Shown here in pieces: positions 25,929-38,019 of a DNA stretch of 62,838 nt. The position numbers were made by a program, and so were the translations under genes. The stretch comes from Octopus bimaculoides (Eukaryota): positions 36,318,366-36,381,203 of the forward strand of contig NC_068996.1 in the NCBI RefSeq assembly GCF_001194135.2. Direction: 5' to 3'. Under the pieces are notes generated by a model. It was not told the origin of the DNA. It saw only the letters and a list, made by a program, of their open reading frames with translations, and ran no database searches. How positions within the stretch are numbered: the stretch's first letter is position 1; every line of letters starts with the position of its first letter.

Positions 25929-26505
25929 GAGTGAGAGAGCAGTGCATGCCATCAAAGTGACACTGGGATAAAATATACGAAGCCCAATATACCCATCAGG
26001 ACTACCCGTCTGATAAAGGTNNNNNNNNNNNNNNNNNNNNNNNNNNNNNNNNNNNNNNNNNNNNNNNNNNNNNNNNNNNNNNNNNNNNNNNNNNNNNNNN
26101 NNNNNNNNNNNNNNNNNNNNNNNNNNNNNNNNNNNNNNNNNNNNNNNNNNNNNNNNNNNNNNNNNNNNNNNNNNNNNNNNNNNNNNNNNNNNNNNNNNNN
26201 NNNNNNNNNNNNNNNNNNNNNNNNNNNNNNNNNNNNNNNNNNNNNNNNNNNNNNNNNNNNNNNNNNNNNNNNNNNNNNNNNNNNNNNNNNNNNNNNNNNN
26301 NNNNNNNNNNNNNNNNNNNNNNNNNNNNNNNNNNNNNNNNNNNNNNNNNNNNNNNNNNNNNNNNNNNNNNNNNNNNNNNNNNNNNNNNNNNNNNNNNNNN
26401 NNNNNNNNNNNNNNNNNNNNNNNNNNNNNNNNNNNNNNNNNNNNNNNNNNNNNNNNNNNNNNNNNNNNNNNNNNNNNNNNNNNNNNNNNNNNNNNNNNNN
26501 NNNNN

Positions 26506-26543
<38 letters not shown>

Positions 26544-28167
26544 CATTGCCTTTGCACAGCTTCTAACGCTGGAGATGTACTACAGTGTCAGCTGTTCACT
26601 ACCAGTGAACTAAGGTAACATCTCTTATTTTTCGAGCACCTTCCGGAGTATTCGAGCGGCTCCAACCAGTGCTGTTTTCTGCAAGTGCTCCACCCTTATT
26701 GCAGCCCCTATTTGTTCCACGTACTTCTCAAGAATTTTACTCACCGTTCCCAGCGCTCCGACATCTATTGGTACTACTACCACCTTTTTTATCGACCACA
26801 ACTGCTTAACCTCCCAAACTAACCTGTCATATCTATCGACTTTTCTTTTTTCCTTATCGCATAACTTGTCAGCTGGTCATGCTATATCTATGATCCAGCG
26901 TAGTTTGTTTTCTCACTCAATTAAGACTATGTCCGACTTCCTATTCTCTATTTCATGGTCACACTGAATCATAAAATCCCACAGGATCTTTGCATTTTCG
27001 ATGATGCCATCGGGTCGTACGAATTTTTTGCTCTGTCAAGTCCATACTTGTTGCAAAGTGTCCAATGGACGAGCCTGGCTGTATTGTCGTGGCGTCTCTC
27101 ATATTCCTCCCGGGCTAGTCGCGTACATTGGCTGGTAATATGCCATACTGTTTCATCATTTTGTCCACAAATTCTGCACTTCTCACTTTCTGCTGTGTTG
27201 TCTATTCTGTATTTTATGTAATTTGTTCTTAGTGCTTGCTCTTGGGCAGCACAGAATAGAGCCTCCGTTTCCGGTTTTAAATCACTTTTAGTCATCCACA
27301 GCCATCTCTTTTCTCTGTCTGTCTTGTCTTCAACATCCCTATGAAATTAACCATGCATTCTTTTCTTTACCCACCAATTTTCAGTTTCATTTGATTTCAA
27401 TTGCTTGTACAGTGCTTTATCTTTGCAATCTTTCATCCTACACAAGCCTGACCTCCCTACTTCTAATAATAGCGGTTCTGCGGCATTTTTTACATACCAT
27501 GCTATATTGTTTCCTTCTGCTCTAATGCGGTGTTCGCATCCAATCAGTCCTGTTCCCTTTCTTTTTCTTGGTACATGCAGTCTGTCTGTGTCACTTTTTG
27601 GGTGGAGTGTCCCATATCTAGTTAGCAACTTCCTTGTCTTTCTGTCTAAGTTGTTTAATTCGTCTACTGTCCAAGCGATTACACCTGCTACATATCTAAG
27701 GAGTGAAACCGCCCAGGTGTTGATAGCTTCAATCTTATTCCGTCCGTTTAATTTCGACTTAAGGATCAGTCTCAGTCTGCGCAAGTGCTCCACCTTAAAT
27801 TTTTCTTTCATTTCTTTTTCCATCAATTTATCCATTTCCAAAATCTCCAAGTGCTTATAGCCCGTCTCTTCTATCTGCTTCATAACTTCTCCCGACGGTA
27901 CCGTTAGCCCGTCCATACATTTGATTTTGCCTCCACACTTTCTTAGTCCGAACTCCATTCTGATATCAGCACTGAAAGTATACACCGTATCAACGAGGGA
28001 ACTGACTTGGGCTTCATCTTTACCATAAAGTTTGAGGTCATCCATGAAAAACAAATGATTGACGCTTTGTTGACGGCTTTTGAATACATACCCAGCTTTT
28101 GCTTTCTTCAGAATCAGTGCTAGTAGTATCAAACACAGTACAAAGATTAGTGGGGACAGGCAGTCCC
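26544..28167 (-). mobile_element. 5'-truncated Dong/R4-like non-LTR retrotransposon (RT, CCHC, RLE), decayed
   Basis: GDCLSPLIFVL at the 5' break, NHLFFMDDLKLYGK, CRICGQNDETVWHITSQC...RRHD, KSDIVLIE..WIIDIA; stops and frameshifts; (TAA)n on both flanks. Confidence 0.9.
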
Positions 28168-28212
<45 letters not shown>

Positions 28213-28237
28213 CGTCATCATCCTCATCATGTATGTA

Positions 28238-28272
<35 letters not shown>

Positions 28273-28325
28273 ATGTATGTATGTATGTATGTATGCATGC
28301 ATGTATGTATGTATGTATGTATGTA

Positions 28326-28652
28326 TGTAACGAACGTTGTAACGAGACAATATTATCTCAAGACCCCGTGAGGTAGAATAACATTTCTCTTAATATTCGC
28401 CAATCAAATGTGAGAGATCTTAGTGCTTATTGACCCAATTTTGTCAATAGTTTTGAATACCTCCATTAGTATTCGGATGGTTACTCTCGTTTAAAATCAG
28501 TAGCCATTTGAATACACCGACATTTTCCGATCGTCTTGTCGACCGACGTCATAGTTGGCAGTATATAAAGAGTGGGAGTTCGGAGGCAAGTAGCTCCAAC
28601 AGGAGATAGAACTGGAGTCTCCTGCAGAGTTTCATCTAAAGAATTTGTTACT
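28326..28652 (+). mobile_element. Possible degenerate solo LTR
   Basis: Starts TGTAACG, ends TGTTACT, TATATAAA near 28563; no TSD found. Confidence 0.25.
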
Positions 28653-29339
28653 GTTGGCGGAGAAATAGTTTATGCTGAGAGTAAAATCAATAGGGAGCAC
28701 AGCAGTGTTCCACGTTGAACTGTAGTCATGTGACATTGGTTGCAACAACAATAACAACAACAACAACAACAACCCCATCAAGACTTCAGTACTACGAACT
28801 AATGAAGGAGCCGCATCATAGTGATTTGATGTGCTAGACATAACAATCACATCTTCTAATTGCATCCTGTCGTCTTAAATAAGGACACATGGATCTATTC
28901 TTCTGTCACAATTTTCAATTCTTTTAATTTTGTTCCAATCGATTTCAAATTTGGTGTATTGATGTTGTTTTATATGCTAACTATAGATATGAAATCCATT
29001 TTTGTCATAAATAAATAAATAAATAGTATTAATAACTTTTAAAGGTTGCAAATTTTGGGTAATTTTAGCCAATCGAAAGCGGCAGACATATTGATGCTTG
29101 TTTCCATAGTTACAGCCTAAGTTATAGTCTGCAATCACGTGTATTATCTTTATATGTCTATTTTCTTTGACAAATGCCTATTTTCTGAACGTTTCTACAA
29201 TCTCATTTTTGTCGTTTTCACCTGTGTTTTTTTTGTTTTTTTATTCGAAACGAATATTTTTGGTTGCTGTTCTGTCACTACCTAATTTTCATAATTTTGA
29301 ACTGTTTTTTCCTGGACTTTTTCAACCTAAATAGAAGTA

Positions 29340-29989
29340 TGACCACAGTCAACTCGTTTAACCTTTCCAAAATGATGGAGAAATTGAAAACCGGGGAGGA
29401 GGATGTTTCTTATTTGCAAGAGAAGGGCATTGTCCCTAAAAGAAAATAATGTACAAAAATACTATATGAACAACAAGATGCTCTGCGGGAAAGTTTACTG
29501 GCAGTGCTCCTGAAAAGGATGAAAGGAGTGTGTTTGTCTGTCAGGAAAGATATATGGTTGGAAGGTGGCACTCTTCCTCTTAGGACTGTACTGCTTTACT
29601 CATGGGTCAAGGAATTGACTTCAGTCCAGTTTTGTGTTGAAGAACTGGAGATGAGCCACTGCACAGCTGTTGATTATAATAATTTTGTTTGTGAAATACG
29701 TACGGAGGATCTTCTCTGCAATCCAATTCAGATAGGCAGCCCTGGGAAGATTGTTGCGATAGATGAATCAGCCTTCTCAAGGCGTAAATACAACCGAGGA
29801 AGGGTACTACCTAAACAGTGGAGTCTTGGAGGGGTGTGTCGCGAGACCAGACATATTTTTCTTTATGTGGTGCCATGTCGGAATCGCGACACACTGGAGG
29901 AATGCACACGTCAGTCGGTTCTTCCAGGAACCACAATTTTCAGTGAATTGTGGAGGGTCTACTCTCACATTCTTGAAATTGATGCTTAA
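29340..29989 (+). mobile_element. Merlin (IS1016/ISXO2-like) DNA transposase, decayed and truncated
   Basis: IGSPGKIVAIDESAFSRRKYNRGR...QWSLGGVCRET...VLPGTTIFSELWRVY; the N-terminal part lies in another frame (YLQEKGIVPK). Confidence 0.85.
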
Positions 29990-31533
29990 ATGTAGCGTAG
30001 GAGATATGAAAACTGTTATTTCTTTCAGAAACTCCTAATTTCATTTTTGAATTTTCGTTACAAAACATTTATAAATTGTTTACGTGGACTGAACTACAGT
30101 TTTGTTTTTTTGTAATTTAACGTACAATTTATATTTTCGTAATTTTTCGAAAAAAAAAATCATTGAGGATTTTTCCTTTTTTATTGTTTACTTGCCTGTT
30201 CCAACATTTCATATGACTTCATGTATTAAAAGTTATTAAAATTTAGAAAGATAGTTGTATTCCATCAAATGTGACTCTACTCAGAAGGCTGTATGATCAT
30301 TTGACAGGAACACGATATAAAAAAAAATACATAGAACAAGGTGGTGACTTTAAATGTCTTTAATGTGGGCCTCACATATATATACATAAGTTGGATGATA
30401 AATGGAAATGTTTGATGGACATTTATTCATATATCTACATGCATCTGCGTGGGTTGTATGTTAGCTGTTAACCCTGGTGAGGAAAGCTCACGAACAGTGA
30501 AATATTAGAACCAGTGCAGCGTATTGGTGCTGTGTAGATGTTGTTGACGACGTTGGTGAGACACGTTGGTGAGAGACGAAGATGGAGATCGATCCTCCCA
30601 AAATTTCTGGCCTTATGCCAAAATTTGAAATCAATAAAATAATTGGTATCAGTTTTTAAGGCCACGAACAGAACTAACACAAAATGATAAGCTAGTTACT
30701 TTCTGATGTGGAAATAAAGAGTTCTGGACGTAAGGAGTGCTTGTTACAACAATAGACGTTTCGAAGAAGTTCAAACTTCTAAACACCTGTTGTGACACAA
30801 TATCTACACGTGGAGAAAACATAGTCTGGAGTTTAATGTCTGTTACAATAGAGCATTGTAGTTCTGTCACAACAGCCATCATATCTTTTATAAAATTTAT
30901 TACAACCAATCTTTTGTTTGTTTTTTTAATACGCTTCTCGCTTCAGTTTTTTTTTTTTAATTTATTTCTTCTATCTTTCCGACTCTTCTTTCACTCCTTG
31001 TCTATTACTTTCTCTCCCTCCCTCTCTCTTACTCTCTTTCTCACCTCTCCTCCCCTTTGCTTTTTTTTAAATATTTTTTCTGTCAGTTTTTATTTCATTT
31101 TTTTTTTCAAGGGTGGAAGCCTCGCATCTTATTCTCCAAAAGGCACTTTTCTCAAATTTTACTTTTCTTCAGCCTGTTCACATCGGTTAACTTTTAACAA
31201 AACATGTCATAGAAAATCATTGCCAGCCGATTTATTGTGGCGATGACAGACAGAAGCACCATTTTCTTTATGAAAAGATTCAAAAAAGAAAGAAAAAGAA
31301 TAAAACGAAACGCCGGCAAGTTTAATTATTTTAAAACTAAACTTGACTAAACTGTATACTTAAATCAAACACACACGCAGACACACAAACACACACGCAT
31401 ACACACACACGCACACGTATACACACACACACAGATATACACTCACACATGCACGCACATGCACGCTTACATACACACGCACTCACACATTTACACACAG
31501 GCACTCACTCACACGCGTACACACACTCACACT

Positions 31534-31565
<32 letters not shown>

Positions 31566-32395
31566 CGCACGCAGACACACACACACACACNNNNNNNNNN
31601 NNNNNNNNNNNNNNNNNNNNNNNNNNNNNNNNNNNNNNNNNNNNNNNNNNNNNNNNNNNNNNNNNNNNNNNNNNNNNNNNNNNNNNNNNNNNNNNNNNNN
31701 NNNNNNNNNNNNNNNNNNNNNNNNNNNNNNNNNNNNNNNNNNNNNNNNNNNNNNNNNNNNNNNNNNNNNNNNNNNNNNNNNNNNNNNNNNNNNNNNNNNN
31801 NNNNNNNNNNNNNNNNNNNNNNNNNNNNNNNNNNNNNNNNNNNNNNNNNNNNNNNNNNNNNNNNNNNNNNNNNNNNNNNNNNNNNNNNNNNNNNNNNNNN
31901 NNNNNNNNNNNNNNNNNNNNNNNNNNNNNNNNNNNNNNNNNNNNNNNNNNNNNNNNNNNNNNNNNNNNNNNNNNNNNNNNNNNNNNNNNNNNNNNNNNNN
32001 NNNNNNNNNNNNNNNNNNNNNNNNNNNNNNNNNNNNNNNNNNNNNNNNNNNNNNNNNNNNNNNNNNNNNNNNNNNNNNNNNNNNNNNNNNNNNNNNNNNN
32101 NNNNNNNNNNNNNNNNNNNNNNNNNNNNNNNNNNNNNNNNNNNNNNNNNNNNNNNNNNNNNNNNNNNNNNNNNNNNNNNNNNNNNNNNNNNNNNNNNNNN
32201 NNNNNNNNNNNNNNNNNNNNNNNNNNNNNNNNNNNNNNNNNNNNNNNNNNNNNNNNNNNNNNNNNNNNNNNNNNNNNNNNNNNNNNNNNNATATATATAT
32301 ATATATATATATATACAATTGCAGCGTGAAAGGTGTTTATAAGCCATTTAAAATAACACACAAAAGCCGTCAGATTCACTTCAACATTTAAATTT

Positions 32396-32451
32396 AATTT
32401 GTCAAAATATTTTCGTCGCTTTGAGACCGCGACCTGTTCACTGACAAAATT
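32396..32451 (-). ncRNA. Candidate minimal type I hammerhead ribozyme with G3-C8 core variant (family H)
   Basis: AATTTTGTCA-GTGAACA-G-GTCGC-GGTCTCAAA-GCGAC-GAA-AATATT-T-TGACAAATT: 7-bp helix I, 5-bp helix II, palindromic helix III. Confidence 0.6.
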
Positions 32452-32459
32452 CTGTGAAA

Positions 32460-33300
32460 GTGCCAATCTGTGGTAGATTTAATATTTCAATGAAAACATC
32501 CTAGATGTGAATGGAATTATAATAAAAGAATAAGACTAACTTTACCTTTCATCCGTTCGGGATTCATAAAATGAAGTTTCAATGAAATACAAGGGTAGAC
32601 GTGATATTCCTATAAAACATTCTTAGTATGAACGGGATCGTAGTAGAAGAGTAAGACTAACTTTACTTTTCATCCTTCTGGAGTTGATAAGACACAATAT
32701 CAGTGAAATATTAGGATAGATTGAATATTTCTACAAAGCCCCCTTGATGTGAATGGAGAATACTATGAATATGATGTGAATACGAGAATCCTATGACTAA
32801 CTTTTATCTTACGTCCTTCTGGGTTTGATAAAATAAAGTATCAGTGAAATACTGCGGGTAGATGTACTCTTAGAAAACACGTTCAATGCGGATATAATTA
32901 TAACAGAAGACTATCACTAACTTTAACTTTCGTCCTTCTGGAATTGATGGAATACAGAATCTATGAAATTCTAGGATAGATTGAATATTCTTACAGAACA
33001 TTCTAGATGTGAATGGAATTAGGTTAGAAGACAGACTAACTTTACCTTGATCCTTCTAAGATTGATGAAATAAAGTACCGGTGAAATATTGAGGTAAATT
33101 TAATATTCCCATAAAACACCCTAGAATTACAATAAAAGACTAACTCTATTTTTCGTCTTTGTGGAGTTGACAAAATACAGTATCAGTGAAATATTGGGGT
33201 AGATTTAATATTTCTATAGAATATTCTAGATGTGAATGGAATTATATCAGAAAGCTAAGACTAACTTCACTTGTCATTCCTCTGGGGTTGTTATAAATAC
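32460..33300 (+). repeat. Approx. 120-bp satellite (about 7 units) related to the SINE-B core
   Basis: Anchors at 32474, 32596, 32717, 32859, 32977, 33095 and 33200; unit contains CTTTACCTTTCATCCTTCTGG..TTGATAAAATA. Confidence 0.85.
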
Positions 33301-33610
33301 TCATATAAATATTCTTATAAAAGCCCTATATATTTGCCAGAGAAATATAAATTTGAATGGAACTACAGCAGGAGCTGAGTCGTATACGAATATTTAAGAT
33401 ACATGCTTGAAAGCGAAAAATGCTTAAAAGTGGGTTTAAGAAAAAAAAAAAAGAAAAACAAGAAGAAAGAAATTGCATGGTTTATATATTGGGTAACTTG
33501 TGTTGTTTATATAAGATTTTGCAAGATATATCATGAAAGACTGTTTAGAAAAGATTCAGGTTGAGGATAAACTAAGAAGAGAAGTAGAACGGTAGTACGT
33601 CCAGCAGAGC

Positions 33611-33656
<46 letters not shown>

Positions 33657-33711
33657 TTATGTGTTTGTGTGTGTGATAAAAATTCATATGATATCTACAT
33701 ATGTGTATGTA

Positions 33712-33742
<31 letters not shown>

Positions 33743-33996
33743 AAGCGTGTTTATGTGTGTATGTGTATGTATGTATAACTATATATGCACACACGTATCT
33801 GTGTATGTGTAACTGTATATGCACATATGTATGTATGTATGTATTTGTGTGTGTGTGCGTGTATGCGTGCGTATGTGTGTATGTGTATGTATGTATAACT
33901 ATATATGCACACACGCATCTATGTATGTATAACTGTATATGCACATGTGTGTATGTATGTATGTATGTATGTATGTATGTATGTATGTATGTATGA

Positions 33997-34056
<60 letters not shown>

Positions 34057-34110
34057 ATGACTTCCAGAATTCCATGATCTGGTATTGCTTACCGGTGCGA
34101 AGGCATTTAC

Positions 34111-34302
34111 CTTTTGAAGACAAACTCCGCAATTCCGGCAGAACCATCAGCCAAGCTTGCCCTAGCAGTGCTAATTTGAGGCATTATTTTGAGCTATGTT
34201 GTCATGTGTGCAATAGATCTGGCTAATAGACGAGTCCAACAAGAAGGCCACTCCTTTTCATTGCCTTCCTTTGGCCGAGAAGGGCAGTTAGTTTCCCTCT
34301 GT
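34111..34302 (-). other. Candidate exon (unverified), possibly carrying a start codon: MPQISTARASLADGSAGIAEFVFK
   Basis: Long pyrimidine tract (rc of 34310-34460), TTATCAG| acceptor, AAAG|GTAAAT donor, second donor CG|GTAAGC just downstream. Confidence 0.25.
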
Positions 34303-35580
34303 CTGATAACCATGATAAAAAAAAACCTGTATGAAAAAAGATGAAAAAGATGGTAAAAAAATGAAAAATAAACGAAAAAAGATGAAAAAAAGATGAATAA
34401 AATATAGAGAAATCTGTATGGAAAAAAGGTGAAAAAGAGATGAAAAAGATGAAAAACATGTTGCTGTTCATTGTCGTGGTAGAACGAGTTTTAGGTGTCC
34501 TTTGAGATTGCGTTTTGTTTTCTTTAACAGAATGTTTTATTTCTTAAATTTAATAACTTTATCTTATTAAGTTTAAAAAGGAGAATTATTCAATTAAAGC
34601 GAAAAATTTCAGGATGTCTTCTACATCTTTATCTTGGCCAGCCTGCTACCAAGAGGGGGAAGTGCGAGTGATTTCGAAGGTAAAACCGTCATTTACAGTC
34701 AAAACCTCCCACTACACAGCATCACCGTGGTAGCAATGACTATCGACAATTGCACCAATAGCAACAACAACAACAACAACAACATCAACAACAATAGTTG
34801 CAGCAATGATGATGTTTCAAATAAAACAGCAGACAGTGGTAGTAAAGCCGCTGCTGTTGTCAACAAAATTATCAACGGGGGAGAAGAAACCATTATCACA
34901 GCTACCGCCCCATTAGCAACAAGTTATATTAGCAGCAATAGAAGAACTACATCCACATCAGTAATAGGCAGTTACAGCAGCAACAGTAACAACATTGTCA
35001 CTTATTAACAGCAGTAGAAGCACGGCAAAAAAAAAAAAGAAAGCGCCTTTGCTAATGCTGCAAAACCATTTGATTTAGTTCCNNNNNNNNNNNNNNNNNN
35101 NNNNNNNNNNNNNNNNNNNNNNNNNNNNNNNNNNNNNNNNNNNNNNNNNNNNNNNNNNNNNNNNNNNNNNNNNNNNNNNNNNNNNNNNNNNNNNNNNNNN
35201 NNNNNNNNNNNNNNNNNNNNNNNNNNNNNNNNNNNNNNNNNNNNNNNNNNNNNNNNNNNNNNNNNNNNNNNNNNNNNNNNNNNNNNNNNNNNNNNNNNNN
35301 NNNNNNNNNNNNNNNNNNNNNNNNNNNNNNNNNNNNNNNNNNNNNNNNNNNNNNNNNNNNNNNNNNNNNNNNNNNNNNNNNNNNNNNNNNNNNNNNNNNN
35401 NNNNNNNNNNNNNNNNNNNNNNNNNNNNNNNNNNNNNNNNNNNNNNNNNNNNNNNNNNNNNNNNNNNNNNNNNNNNNNNNNNNNNNNNNNNNNNNNNNNN
35501 NNNNNNNNNNNNNNNNNNNNNNNNNNNNNNNNNNNNNNNNNNNNNNNNNNNNNNNNNNNNNNNNNNNNNNNNNNNNNNNN

Positions 35581-35645
<65 letters not shown>

Positions 35646-35649
35646 CCTT

Positions 35650-37540
35650 TGAAAAGGTATAGACTGAAGCGAATCTCTCCAGAACAAGTTGATATTGACT
35701 TGAAAAGCATCTGAAAAGACAGACTTTATTACTCCTGCCAAGCACTAAGGCTGCGTACGGTTAAATTTTCATTTGGAGATACTGGCCTAGAAACAGACCA
35801 TCGCCCGACGTAGCAAAGAGGAATTTGCACATTTCAATTTACCCGAAACAAATGGCGATCAGAATAAAAATTGCGTATGTACCACCAGAATTGAACTTCT
35901 GGTGAGCGATGAAAAACGTTTTGTTGAAAAGCTTTATACTGGTAGAAGTTTTGAAATTTCAAAATGGAAATTGGACGGAATAGATTTGGAGATCTTGATT
36001 CGGGTAAAACTTGAGAAACTGGACAGGATTCTTGACCCCATACACCCCAGGATTGAGTAACAGTTGGTTGTAGTGGGAGTAGAAGGCCTAGATTTCATAA
36101 ACGCGGCTGCACCGTTCGCCTCAAAGCGTTCTGCCCTAACAAGTGACTGCTGAAAGAAGGCTTCCTCTGCTATCAATACCACAGCATCAGCAACGTCAAT
36201 AACAGCAACAGCAGCTACAACAACAGCATGTAACGACAGCAACAGAGGTTGCAGTACTCTCAGTTTTAAGGGAGAGTACTTAATTTATCGATCCCGAAAG
36301 CATGAAAGGCAAAGTCAACCTCGGCGGAATTTGAACTCAGAACGTAGCGAGGGGCGAAATACTGCTAAGCATTTCGTCCAGCGTGCTAACGATTCTGTCA
36401 GTTCGCCGCCTTAACAACAACAGTAATAATAACATCAAAAGTCAAAGCAACGGAAACAATATAAAAAAAGTAGCACTGCCCTGAAAGACTACTACATCAG
36501 TGACGAAAACAGCAACAGAAAACTTCATAACAACAGAAGAAACCACGAAAACCCTCAAGACAAGCTCTTTTCCACTTCGAGCCACTCAGACATGTCGTGC
36601 AGCGAAGGCGATGAGGAAGACATAAGTGGCAAAAACACCACCTCCAACAACACCTTCACCACTACCACCGACGGGGATGTCACAGACTCTTGAAACGAAT
36701 ACAAGTGCATCTCAATTCAGACCTACACCAACGACCAGGAAAGCACTCACAACACAGAGGAAAGAAATCATTAACTATATGGCTATACACACAAGCAACA
36801 GAAAAAATTAATTAACCACATACGTCAATACACAAACGTTACACACGATGACTACATCATACCACATTAACTCATATATATAAAAAAAGCATCAAAACAA
36901 CACAGAACACACGAATCTTTCTAAAGCCCCCAAATCACAATGAAATAGATTTGCGGCAGGATATTAACAAAAGACTCTATAAAGACGTACTCATGGAAAC
37001 ATTCACAACTAACCGAAAGGACAAAACACTTTCTTTTTTTCACAGGAGTAAAGTAAGTGGTCCGTATCATTTTCTCGGAATTTCTAGTCTCCCTGATGGC
37101 CATAAGAACAACATGTGAAAACATGTAGTCTGAGGTCGTCTTGGAAGTAGGGCCACCTACTCGACAACTTCAGATCACTATGCATAAATGTGGTGGCCAT
37201 CAGGAAGACTAGAAATTCCGAGACACGGGTCTTCATACCTTCTTTTGATGGCTACAAGGTGTACATATCGCCAGGTCGGCCGGGATTGGGAAGTAGAATC
37301 GCTGGAATTGTTTTACAAAAGTTTGACTCCCACGATACTGCCCAGCTTTTTAGACCCAGAAGGCAAGTTGGTGGTACTGGACAAGACCAGCAACAAAGGA
37401 TATACATCCAGACTAGTAATACGCCTCACAGAGGACGGGGCCGTCAACTGTCTTCAGACATTTGAAGGTTGTCCTAAGAACTTCTCGCTCTTTATTTTTC
37501 TTGGAACGCCATTTTGGATGCATACTTAGATTGTAGAGAT
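35650..37540 (+). mobile_element. Decayed L1/Tx1-like 5' half: ORF1 (RRM-like plus zinc knuckle) and ORF2 APE endonuclease, interrupted by a SINE
   Basis: RIKIAYVPPE; knuckle-spaced FHKRGCTVRLKAFC at about 36092-36135; VAIRKTR..FDGYKVYISPG and FLDPEGKLVVLD (endonuclease-like). Confidence 0.65.
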
Positions 37541-37950
37541 TATCTGATAGCATTGAAAACCTCTCAAATCCAACTAAGGTCGTATTTTCCTTTCATATAA
37601 TACCCCAGTACCAATCATGTACTGGGGTATAATTGATTGTTCCTCTTCTCAATTTAATGAAAGGCAAAGTCGACCTCGATGAGATTTGAACTCAGATTTT
37701 TACAGAATGGTAACTAAGGCATTTTGCTCGACGCTGTAGCGAAAAGTGACAATTATCGTTACCAAATATTTCATGTTGACATTGCAGAAGAAATTCCATG
37801 AGTATACGGAGTTTCCCTGTGGTTTTGTATAGGATCTTTAAATGTTATGTATGTATGTATGTATGTATGTATGTATGTATGTATGTGTGTGTGTGTGTGT
37901 GTATGCATGCATGCATGTATGTATGTATGTATGTATGTATGTATGCATGC

Positions 37951-37983
<33 letters not shown>

Positions 37984-38019
37984 TGTATGTATGTATGTAT
38001 GTATGTATGCATACATGTA

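Noticed and set aside
30750-30800. GAAACGTC hammerhead half with an upstream hairpin on the minus strand
   Set aside because: No CUGANGA box and no adjacent helix I.
34613-35008. Asn/Ser/Thr-rich plus-strand ORF
   Set aside because: Weak acceptor, (AAC)n-driven composition and no recognised homology.
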